In this document: positions 15,480-23,566 of the stretch, in pieces | Layout: each line of letters starts with the position of its first letter | How positions within the stretch are numbered: the first letter of the stretch is position 1 | NCBI GenBank assembly: GCA_964430035.1 | Contig: CAYSEL010000010.1 | Location: forward strand, 1-33,093 | Length of the DNA stretch: 33,093 nt | Origin: an uncultured Candidatus Bathyarchaeia archaeon | GTDB taxonomy: Archaea; Thermoproteota; Bathyarchaeia; Bathyarchaeales; DTEX01 | Reading direction: 5' to 3' | Made by a program: the position numbers and the translations under genes | Notes under the pieces: generated by a model | Database searches by the model: none | Told to the model about the DNA's origin: nothing | The model's input: only the letters and a program-made list of their open reading frames with translations

Positions 15480-16529
15480 GTGAGTTTTATGGCGAATAAT
15501 GTCCGACTGATACGCACTGCGTTGCTCCTCACATTCGTGTTCGCCGTTATAGGGCTTCTAATTTACTCACGTATCTCAGCTTACTCCTTAGCGCCCGTAA
15601 TGCAACCAGCGGACTTCTCAAAGTACAGTTGGTATGAGATCCCATTTCAATATCTACTCGACTATTTCGGGCATGGGTGGATATGCCTGCTCTTCGCCTT
15701 CGTAGCCGCGGGACTCGTCTACGAGTTCATGCCGAAAGAATTAATTACGAAATATATGAGCAGCAGTAAGAGTCTAGGCTACGCGATAGGGGCAGGACTT
15801 GCTCCCTTCTTCACTGTTTGCTCATGTACGATGGTTCCACTTTTCGCTGGAATACTGTACACTGGTGCAGGCATAGGTCCAGCAATCACCTTTCTCCTAA
15901 TGGCTCCATCCGCAAATATTCTGAGTATCCTAATAACAGGCGAATTCATCTCTTGGGAGATTGCTGGAGTAAGAATACTTGTGTCTCTAGCTGCAGCAGT
16001 AACAGCTGGCTTAGTAGTCTCAAAAACTCCATGGGGAAAAACTTTGGAAAGATCGCGTCAGATCGGCCAAAATCGCGGCGTAGCCAGCGGAGCTATTGAG
16101 ATCGTTAAGCCTCCGCTTGATGAAAGGTTAATTTCAGCCCTAAAGTTTGGAGTTTACCTTGCAAGACAGATTCTCCCCTACTTTCTCGCTGGTTTAGTCA
16201 TAGTGAGTTATGTTACAGCCTACACCCCTCAAGAACTCGTTCAAGGCTACTTAACCGGTGTGACTGGCGTTCTTATCGCCTCAGTTGCGGCTGGCCCTCT
16301 TTACACCCCTACGCTTGTCGAAGTGATCCTGGGCAGAAGCTTCCTTAGCCTAGGAATGTCAAAAGCTGCGTTGCTGGCGTGGCTCATGGGTCAACCATGG
16401 GACCTACCGAACATGGCGGCTGTCTCAAAGATTACAGGATGGAAAGTAGTTGTAACTTATGCTTTTGTCCTATGGATCTGCGCCGTGACTCTTCCATTAC
16501 TTTATGGGGTAACGACAGGGTCAATATGA
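15480..16529 (+). CDS. ArsP/DUF318-type permease (PF03773-like) with a CxC motif.
   Basis: 349 aa with about 8-10 TM helices. LAPFFTVCSCTMVPLFAGI is the conserved Cys-X-Cys-containing helix of this permease family. The ATG at 15489 is an alternative start. Confidence 0.8.
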   Translation: MSFMANNVRLIRTALLLTFVFAVIGLLIYSRISAYSLAPVMQPADFSKYSWYEIPFQYLLDYFGHGWICLLFAFVAAGLVYEFMPKELITKYMSSSKSLGYAIGAGLAPFFTVCSCTMVPLFAGILYTGAGIGPAITFLLMAPSANILSILITGEFISWEIAGVRILVSLAAAVTAGLVVSKTPWGKTLERSRQIGQNRGVASGAIEIVKPPLDERLISALKFGVYLARQILPYFLAGLVIVSYVTAYTPQELVQGYLTGVTGVLIASVAAGPLYTPTLVEVILGRSFLSLGMSKAALLAWLMGQPWDLPNMAAVSKITGWKVVVTYAFVLWICAVTLPLLYGVTTGSI

Positions 16530-16623
16530 TGCGGAAGCTGAACGAAAGTAACATTTACAAGAATTAAGATGTGAGGCCGTATTCAACCCGTTTTATTCAA
16601 CACTGGCTCATGCTGCATTATTG

Positions 16624-17235
16624 CTACAAAGTTTTTTCAAGTCTTTTTTCCACATTGTCCCAGTTGATGATGTTCCAGAAAGCCTCTACAAACTTGCCTC
16701 TTTCATTCTTGTAGTCGATGTAGTATGCATGCTCGAAGACATCAAGGAGCAAAAGTATCCCAAACGTTGGATATACATTTAAGTTGTGCTTCTCAACCTG
16801 CATTATTAGGGGTCTGCGGGTTTGCATGCAAACAGTTAATGCCGCCCACCCTGAGCCTTCCACGCTGATGGCTGCTTGGGAAAATTCCTTCCTAAACCTT
16901 TCGAAACTTCCAAACTCTTCATCTAGAAAGTCGCCGAGAACGCCGCCTGGTCTTCCTCCGCCCTTCCCCGGCGGTGCCATATTCTCCCAGAAAAGGGAAT
17001 GGAGCAGATGCCCACCGATGTTGAAGGATAGCTCTTTCAATGTGGATTTCATGTCCAAATCCATGTCTTCTTTTCTTGCCTTATCAAGCCTCTCTAATAT
17101 CATGTTTGCCACGTTAACGTAGGCTTGGTGATGTTTCGTGTGGTGTATCCTTAGCTGAGAACCGGAGATGTAAGGTTGGAGCTCATCGTATTTGTATGGA
17201 AGATCTGGCAAGACATAAATCTTCTTCACTTCCAA
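16624..17235 (-). CDS. sod: Fe/Mn superoxide dismutase.
   Basis: 203 aa. LPDLPY.YDELQPYIS, HHTKHHQAYV and DVFEHAYYIDYKN are the SOD_Fe/Mn metal-ligand signatures. Confidence 0.97.
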   Translation of the reverse strand: MEVKKIYVLPDLPYKYDELQPYISGSQLRIHHTKHHQAYVNVANMILERLDKARKEDMDLDMKSTLKELSFNIGGHLLHSLFWENMAPPGKGGGRPGGVLGDFLDEEFGSFERFRKEFSQAAISVEGSGWAALTVCMQTRRPLIMQVEKHNLNVYPTFGILLLLDVFEHAYYIDYKNERGKFVEAFWNIINWDNVEKRLEKTL

Positions 17236-17441
17236 TCTTTCCCCTCATCATATTCTAGCCCTTTAGATGTTATATTGTTTTTGTTAAAAGATGTATAGTT
17301 TTTGAAATTGGCAAAGAGAATAGTCTAGGTTTTTAGGTCACATCTCTGGTCGTTGATTCTGAGCAAACCTTAAAAGAGTGAAAAAAGGATTTTCAGTGTC
17401 TATCAAATGGGCAAGCAAAGTTATGGAAGGAAAAAAATTAG

Positions 17442-18368
17442 ATGGCTGAAGAAGATATTGTTAAGGTAATAGAGAAGGCAACTCGAAGCGTCGTCAACAT
17501 CAACACCTTAAAAGTTTTACACGACATCTTCTATCGTGTTGTTCCGGTTGAAGGTATGGGTTCAGGCTTCATCGTTGACGCGAAAGGCCACATCCTAACC
17601 AACTACCACGTAATAGCTAAGGCTGAAAGGGTTTCAGTAACGCTGATTGATGGACGCGTCTTGCAAGGAAAGATTGTAGGAACATGCAGAACCTCAGACA
17701 CGGCAGTCGTAAAAATTGATGGAGAAAAACTGGAGCCGATTGAACTAGGAGACTCAGACCAGATAAGAGTTGGGCAAAGGGTCTTCGCCATCGGCAACCC
17801 ATTCGGTCTGGCTGGTGGTCCCACAGTAACTTCTGGCGTGATAAGTGCAATAAATAGGACGATCCATTCGCCAGAAGGGTCCTTCAGAGATCTCGTCCAG
17901 ACCGATGCTGCTATTAACCCGGGGAATAGTGGCGGCCCATTAATCGACATTCATGGAAGGGTTATAGCAATTAACACTGCGATTATTCCCTTTGCTCAAG
18001 GCATAGGCTTCGCTATACCGATAAATATGGCTAAGGCCTGTTTGAACGATATCCTAACGTACGGTGCAACAATGCGACCTTGGCTTGGAATCAGCGGCTT
18101 AACCATAACTGAACAGATTGCTGACCATTACGATCTGCCGGTAGAAAGGGGCGTGCTCGTTGCAAATGTTGAAGTGGACAGCCCGGCAGATAAGGCTGGC
18201 ATAATGCAAGGCGACATAATTCTTGAATTTAACGGTGAAAGAGTAAACTGCATAGAGGATCTGCAGAGCAGCATAAGAGAAAGAAAACCAGGCGACATAG
18301 TTGAACTCTTAATCGTGAGAGGACTGGTCAGAGGAAGAATAGAAGTAACCCTTGAAAGCGCCCCATAA
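17442..18368 (+). CDS. htrA: HtrA/DegP-family trypsin-like serine protease with a C-terminal PDZ domain.
   Basis: 308 aa. The catalytic triad contexts are LTNYHVI, DTAVVKI and GNSGGPL. The PDZ domain is GISGLTI......GVLV..V...SPADKAGI..GDII. No obvious signal peptide. Confidence 0.9.
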   Translation: MAEEDIVKVIEKATRSVVNINTLKVLHDIFYRVVPVEGMGSGFIVDAKGHILTNYHVIAKAERVSVTLIDGRVLQGKIVGTCRTSDTAVVKIDGEKLEPIELGDSDQIRVGQRVFAIGNPFGLAGGPTVTSGVISAINRTIHSPEGSFRDLVQTDAAINPGNSGGPLIDIHGRVIAINTAIIPFAQGIGFAIPINMAKACLNDILTYGATMRPWLGISGLTITEQIADHYDLPVERGVLVANVEVDSPADKAGIMQGDIILEFNGERVNCIEDLQSSIRERKPGDIVELLIVRGLVRGRIEVTLESAP

Positions 18369-18429
18369 AACAATGATAGAAACGCTAATATCTTTTCGAT
18401 ACCTCATTAAATAGGGAAGTGTTGAATCT

Positions 18430-18744
18430 ATGCCCATTGACCCAGACTTCCAGAAGAATCGAAGGAAGGTTGGAGAGCAAGAAGGCGTAGCAATTTGGGA
18501 CCCTTATGACCCCCCTGAGAAGATGGGTATACGTGGAACAAATGTTGCTGTCGACTGGGACATATGCGAAGGGCATGGAATCTGCATTGAGGTCTGCCCA
18601 GTTCAGCTCTATGAGTGGCGCGAGACGCCAGGCCACCCCAAATCCGGGAAGAAAGCTTTTCCAGCAAGAGAATCCACATGTATACAATGCCTTGCCTGCG
18701 AGACACAGTGCCCAGTTCAAGCAATAAAGATCACACCGCCTTGA
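18430..18744 (+). CDS. Sulfolobus-type ferredoxin with an N-terminal extension (3Fe-4S/4Fe-4S dicluster).
   Basis: 104 aa. It is colinear with the Sulfolobus zinc-containing ferredoxin as I recall it (IDP.....NR..VGE...PP...GI.GT.V.VD.D.C...G.C...CPV......TPGHP...KKA.P.....C..C.AC...CPV.AI...PP). The cluster motifs are CEGHGICIEVCP and CIQCLACETQCP. Confidence 0.85.
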   Translation: MPIDPDFQKNRRKVGEQEGVAIWDPYDPPEKMGIRGTNVAVDWDICEGHGICIEVCPVQLYEWRETPGHPKSGKKAFPARESTCIQCLACETQCPVQAIKITPP

Positions 18745-19225
18745 CAATTTACACCTTATGATCCTCCATTTTTCTGATTTTCAAGGAGATTAGATTTCTA
18801 TTAGTTTGAGCATGTGTTCAATATTTGAGGAAATCCATAACCTCATAATTGTTGAGGATCCACGTTATCTTCAGCTATCCACTTCTCTAGAATTAGCGTT
18901 AAAACTTTGCTTCTTGAGAACAGATTGCTGAGCAGAAAAGCCATTGAAGCCTCAGACATGTGCAACCATGCGGTTTTCTAGACGACGTAACATTGATAAG
19001 ACTTGTTGACTAGATGCAAATGAAAAAGATTGAAGGCGTCTACACTGCGGGCGACTGCACATGCAGCAACGATCATTGGAAACGGTGTGATGACGATGAT
19101 ATGGGCATAAAAGATCCGTCAATGAAGCTAAAACTCAAAGATGCAGAAAATTAAAAAAGGAGCGAGCATTCCTCATCAAAACGGAAAAAGAGACTGCACT
19201 GGAAAAATTTGGGGGTAGGCATTGA

Positions 19226-20269
19226 ATGAATGACGAAAGCATATTTGTGGTCACAGTGTCTTCGGGATTCGAGGCTCAAGCAAAAGAAGAGGTTCAGAAG
19301 ATAATCCCAAACGCGGAGGTTAGGAGCATCTTCTTTAAGGGCAACCTCCTCGTGAAATCCAACGAAGACAAAGATGAAATCATCGCTACCTTCAGAAACG
19401 CTGAGACCAAGCATATAGGTCGGGTCTACCCTGTGGACTCGATTATAAAGATTTCGAAAGGCAAAGAGAGCATCATGAAACTTTATGAGGCCCTCATACG
19501 TTTAGGGAAACTACAAAGTGGAGACAAGTATCTTGTTAGATGCAGGAGAAGGGGGAGCCACAGCTTCTCAAGCAACGAAGTTGAGAGAGAATTGGGTGCA
19601 CTACTCGGGAAGGCAACTGGAGCCACCGTAAACCTAAGAGACCCGGAAAAGGTTGTAACTGTACAGATCTTTCAAGATATAGCGTTCATAGGCATAACAG
19701 ACTTTGAAGATATCATCGCCAAAAGTCTAGGCGTGGGGAGGAAGTACAAGAAGGGCGAACGCCCCTTCACTAGAGCGGAGCACAAAATTAGGGAAGCTAT
19801 TGAAGCCTTCAACCTAAAGATTGATACGGACTATGAGGTTCTAGACCTTGGCGCCTCTCCGGGAGGTTGGACAAAGGTGCTTTCAAGTCTCGCAAAGAGA
19901 GTTGTAGCCGTTGATCCGGCGGAGTTAAATCCGGCGGTGGCTAGGCTTCCTAACGTTGTCCACTTGAAGTGTAGGGCGGAAGAGGTCCCGAACGATCTTG
20001 GTAGGTTCCATCTAATCGTGAATGACATGAACCTCAACCCCTCTGAATCCGCAAGAATAATGAACCAATTAGCTGATCACCTTGAAGAAGGTGGGACCGC
20101 GTTGATGACGATAAAGTTCGTGACAAGGGGGAGGAGGCACATCTCAGAGGCAATTGAGATTTTGAAAGCCAGATACGGGGATTTTAGAGTTAAACGATTG
20201 CCTCATAACAGGTTTGAGACTACCCTGTTTATGCGCAAAATTTCAGGAAGATATATCGGGAAGAAATAA
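19226..20269 (+). CDS. THUMP-domain + FtsJ/RrmJ-like SAM-dependent RNA 2'-O-ribose methyltransferase (RlmM-like architecture).
   Basis: 347 aa. The N-terminal ~160 aa has a THUMP-like pattern. The C-terminal part carries TRAEHKIREA (K), VLDLGASPGGWT (SAM loop), VNDMNLNP (D) and MTIKFVTRG (K), which are FtsJ tetrad contexts. Confidence 0.75.
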   Translation: MNDESIFVVTVSSGFEAQAKEEVQKIIPNAEVRSIFFKGNLLVKSNEDKDEIIATFRNAETKHIGRVYPVDSIIKISKGKESIMKLYEALIRLGKLQSGDKYLVRCRRRGSHSFSSNEVERELGALLGKATGATVNLRDPEKVVTVQIFQDIAFIGITDFEDIIAKSLGVGRKYKKGERPFTRAEHKIREAIEAFNLKIDTDYEVLDLGASPGGWTKVLSSLAKRVVAVDPAELNPAVARLPNVVHLKCRAEEVPNDLGRFHLIVNDMNLNPSESARIMNQLADHLEEGGTALMTIKFVTRGRRHISEAIEILKARYGDFRVKRLPHNRFETTLFMRKISGRYIGKK

Positions 20270-20327
20270 TCCCCGAAAGGCTTATGATGTTAGAAGCCAT
20301 AGGTTTCTGTGGAGCGTAGCATAGGTT

Positions 20328-20807
20328 ATGGGCAGGGATAATGAGTTATTAAAGTTTCTCAAGAGTCAGATTGAAGTTGAAAACTATATTGTAAAGTCGT
20401 TGAACGAAGCTTTGGATGAGATAGAAAACCCGGCGGTTAAAGGAACGTTGAAAGGTATATCCCTAGACTCTATAAAGCATGCTGAAATGTACGCTTCAGC
20501 CATCGCCCTGTTAACGGGTAAACCAAAGGCTCTCGCTGAGAGGCACCTTGATAAGCAGAAGAGCCTCGTAGAAAGACACATTGAACTGGAACTAGAACTC
20601 ATAGATAAGATTAGCCAAGAGATCATAAAGGTCAAGGACGATAAGGTCGTGCTACTTTTGGATGCGATCCTAGCGGACGAAAAGAGGCATCATGAACTTC
20701 TTAAGCGGGTTCTAGAAATAATAGTTAAAGGCGAGACAATAACTGATGAGGAATGGTTCGGCATCCTCTGGAAGAGCGTTCCATTTCACGGAGCCCCAGG
20801 AGGATAA
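20328..20807 (+). CDS. Ferritin-like / rubrerythrin-like four-helix-bundle protein (putative di-iron site).
   Basis: 159 aa. Carboxylate/His pairs are spaced as in ferritin-like domains (EVENY, DSIKHAEMY, ELELELIDK, ADEKRHHELL). Confidence 0.45.
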   Translation: MGRDNELLKFLKSQIEVENYIVKSLNEALDEIENPAVKGTLKGISLDSIKHAEMYASAIALLTGKPKALAERHLDKQKSLVERHIELELELIDKISQEIIKVKDDKVVLLLDAILADEKRHHELLKRVLEIIVKGETITDEEWFGILWKSVPFHGAPGG

Positions 20808-20870
20808 CTAACCTGTATCAGCTTTGCCAATTAACCTTTTTTTGGCTAGGGATCTGGGGAAAGACGACTC

Positions 20871-22088
20871 ATGAATGGCATGGTACCATTTAGACTTCTC
20901 ATCACACGTCAAGAAGCTTTAAAGATGATACTGGACTCCGTCAATCCGGTCGATAGTACTGAAAAAGTTTCGATTGAGAGATGCTCAGGCCGTGTTCTAG
21001 CTGAGGAAATTGTTGCCGAAAGTGATATTCCGCCCTTCAACCGTTCCGCCATGGACGGCTACGCTTTAAAAGCCGATGAAACCTATGGAGCCTCTGAAAA
21101 CAATCCGAGGAGACTTAAGCTCATTGGTGTCTTACATGCCGGAGAAAAGACTGAGACCGTCGTGAATAAAGGTGAATGCATACGTATAGCCACTGGCTGT
21201 CCAATTCCTCAAGGTGCAGATGCTGTGGTCATGGCAGAATTCGCTGAAGAAGCGAATGATGTAGTCTCGGTCTTCAGAGCTGTTCACCCAGGCGCTAACA
21301 TAGCAATGAAAGGAGAAGATATGAAAAAGGGGGATACTATCCTAAAAAAGGGAGACTTCCTAACTCCGTCTAAGGTCGGCGTCCTCGCGGCTCTTGGACG
21401 CAGGGAGGTCTTAGTCTACCAGAAACCACGTGTAGCCGTGATTCCAACTGGTGTTGAGGTTTGCGAACTAGGCTCTGAACTCAAGGAGGGACAAGTTTAC
21501 GATGTGAACTCCTACACCCTGATGTCATTACTCTGCGAGAATGGCGCCGAGGTTGCGCGGTCTCCCATAATTCGTGATTCTTACGAGGATTTGAAGTCTG
21601 CGGTCAATAAGTTTCTTGACTGTGACCTGATAGTATTCTCTGGCGGTAGTTCAGTGGGTGAAAGAGACCTATTAGCGAGGGTTATTGAAGAAACTGGCAC
21701 ACTTATCTTTCACGGGGTCCAGATAAAACCCGGCAAGCCCACCCTCTTCGGTATTGTGAAGGGGAAACCAGTACTCGGCATGCCCGGCTACCCAACCTCT
21801 TGCCTCAGCAACGCGTATATTTTCCTTGTTCCAGCGGTTAGGAAGATTGCAAGGCTCCCGCAGAAGCCTCTTAGAACTGTTAAGGCTAAGATGGGGAGGA
21901 GGTTTGTCTCAGCTTCGGGAAGGGAGCAGTTTCTGCCAGTGAAAATAGTTGATGGGCGAGCATACTCCGTCTTCAAGGCTTCAGGCGATATAACGAGTAT
22001 GGCGAATGCTGATGGGTACATCATCTTGCCAATCAATTTAGACGTGATAGAGGAAGGAGAAGAGGTTACTGTCACTCTCTTTGAATAA
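20871..22088 (+). CDS. moeA: Molybdopterin molybdenumtransferase MoeA.
   Basis: 405 aa. RVLAEEI.A..DIPPF.RSAMDGYA, I.TG.P.P.GADAVV, VIPTG.E, SGGSSVGE.D and MPGYP.S are typical MoeA segments. Confidence 0.93.
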   Translation: MNGMVPFRLLITRQEALKMILDSVNPVDSTEKVSIERCSGRVLAEEIVAESDIPPFNRSAMDGYALKADETYGASENNPRRLKLIGVLHAGEKTETVVNKGECIRIATGCPIPQGADAVVMAEFAEEANDVVSVFRAVHPGANIAMKGEDMKKGDTILKKGDFLTPSKVGVLAALGRREVLVYQKPRVAVIPTGVEVCELGSELKEGQVYDVNSYTLMSLLCENGAEVARSPIIRDSYEDLKSAVNKFLDCDLIVFSGGSSVGERDLLARVIEETGTLIFHGVQIKPGKPTLFGIVKGKPVLGMPGYPTSCLSNAYIFLVPAVRKIARLPQKPLRTVKAKMGRRFVSASGREQFLPVKIVDGRAYSVFKASGDITSMANADGYIILPINLDVIEEGEEVTVTLFE

Positions 22089-22114
22089 TTGAAAAATTTT
22101 CAAAGAGTTAAGTA

Positions 22115-23009
22115 ATGTGTTGTGAAAAAATGCGAGTCGATAAGTTTCAAGGAATCTTTACAGCATTGGTCACCCCTTTCAACAGTGAGGGAGAAGTAAA
22201 CAGGAACAGTTTACGAGAAGTCATACGTTTTCAAATCGAGAAAGGCGTAAACGGACTCTTCGTATGTGGTACAGCTGGAGAAGGACCTTTAATGTCTGTT
22301 AAGCAACGTAAAATCGTCGCCGAGACCGTTATCGGAGAGGTCTCCAACAGGGTAACAGTCATTATCCATGTTGGAACAACGAACACGAACGAAGCGGTCG
22401 AACTGGCGAAGCATGCCGAAGACATTGCGGCGGATGCTGTAGGCGTTGTCTCACCGTACTATTACAAGCCAGATCTTGATGGTCTTTTCAATCATTATAG
22501 GATAATCTCAGAATCTGTTGAGATCCCAGTCTTCGTATATAATATACCACAAATGACAGGATTCAACTTAACGCCTAGGATCGTGGCGAAGATCTGTGAA
22601 CTGCCGAATGTCATAGGCATAAAAGAGTCAAGCAACAACTTGATACAGATTAGGGAGATCATTGAGACCGCGCCGAAGAAGATAGTGGTCATTAATGGTT
22701 CCGATAACCTCACTTTTGCCGCGTTTATGGTTGGCGCTGACGGTTTAATCTCCGGAACTGCCAATGTAGATCCTGAACTCTTCGTGGAACTGTATAAGGC
22801 TTACAAGAGCGGTGACTATTCACGGGCTCTTAAGATTCAAGAAACTCGTAAGAGTCTTAGAGAATTTCCCATTCATTGCTTCATATAAGTCTGCTTTGGA
22901 GCTTCGGGGGATAAGAGCGGGTTTACCTAAGAGTCCGCTCAGACCATTAAGACCCGAAGAAGTCGAGGAGCTGAAAAAGAGTTTGAAGGCATTAAACCTT
23001 TTCTGGTAG
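22115..23009 (+). pseudogene. DapA/KDG-aldolase-family class I aldolase split by a 1-nt frameshift (track ORFs 22115..22888 and 22812..23009).
   Basis: ORF1 has ALVTPF, CGTAGEG, VYNIP and VIGIKES (Schiff-base Lys) but ends prematurely (...ALKIQETRKSLREFPIHCFI*). The next frame continues with the family C-terminus (...LVRVLENFPFIASYKSALELRGIRAGLPKSPLRPL...). Removing one A from the AAA run at 22842..22844 joins them as ...ALKIQELVRVLE.... Confidence 0.8.
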
Positions 23010-23135
23010 ATCCCTAAATCAGTTCATAAAAGGTCTCCTCTTTCACCGATTTTTAGCCGAAACAACACATTAGGTAGAAATTGATTTTTCAGTTAGCTTT
23101 AATATGGAGATGATTAAAAGAATAATTACTTTGAG

Positions 23136-23561
23136 GTGGAAAAGATGGTGAAGGTCGAAGGTTATGAGGTCCCGGAAGGGCTTTACTACTCGAAAGATTG
23201 GATGTGGATTAAGAAAGAGGACAGTAAGGTAAGAATAGGCATAACAGACTATGCGCAGAAGCAGCTGAAAGATGTTGTCTTCGCTGAACTACCAAAAACG
23301 GGAGAAAAAATCGTAAGAGGCGAACCATTCGGCACCCTTGAGTCTGTCAAGGCAGTTTCTGAACTGATTGCTCCAGTCAGCGGTACGGTTGAGCAAGTTA
23401 ATAGCGAAGTCATAGACAAACCTGAGACGCTTAATGAAGACCCCTACGGTGAGGGTTGGCTCTTGGTAGTTTCGCCTACAAGCCTAGAGGAGGACCTTAA
23501 AACTCTCATGAACTTTGAAAGAGCTGTTGAATGGCATAAGGAACTTGCTAAAGGAAGCTAG
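23136..23561 (+). CDS. gcvH: Glycine-cleavage-system H protein / lipoyl carrier protein.
   Basis: Motifs are YSKDWMW, RIGITDYAQ and ESVKAVSELIAPVSG (lipoyl-Lys motif), followed by NEDPYGEGWL. The ATG at 23145, 7 nt after GAGGTG, is probably the true start. Confidence 0.92.
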   Translation: MEKMVKVEGYEVPEGLYYSKDWMWIKKEDSKVRIGITDYAQKQLKDVVFAELPKTGEKIVRGEPFGTLESVKAVSELIAPVSGTVEQVNSEVIDKPETLNEDPYGEGWLLVVSPTSLEEDLKTLMNFERAVEWHKELAKGS

Positions 23562-23566
23562 GCCGT

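Noticed and set aside
15818-16567. + strand ORFs 15818..16099 and 16379..16567.
   Set aside because: They are out of frame inside, or run off the end of, the permease gene, whose TM-helix pattern and CSC motif identify the real frame.
18385-18747. Minus-strand ORFs of 120 aa and 98 aa opposite the ferredoxin gene, and + ORF 18506..18727.
   Set aside because: The + frame 18430..18744 is colinear with Sulfolobus-type ferredoxin, including both cluster motifs. The alternatives have no motifs and Cys/Arg/Leu-rich antisense-type composition.
18812-18959. Two ORFs of about 38-39 codons (18812..18931 +, 18843..18959 -) in the long spacer.
   Set aside because: No SD, no motif, and they mutually overlap. 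The evidence is insufficient to call either a gene.
20328-20807. C-terminal ...GAPGG of the ferritin-like protein as a ubiquitin-like/SAMP diglycine tail.
   Set aside because: The protein is a predicted four-helix bundle, not a beta-grasp fold, and no E1-like gene is adjacent. The terminal GG is probably coincidental.
22812-23009. 65-aa ORF as an independent gene.
   Set aside because: It encodes the missing C-terminal helices of the DapA-family protein and overlaps ORF 22115..22888. It is best explained as the downstream part of a frameshifted gene.
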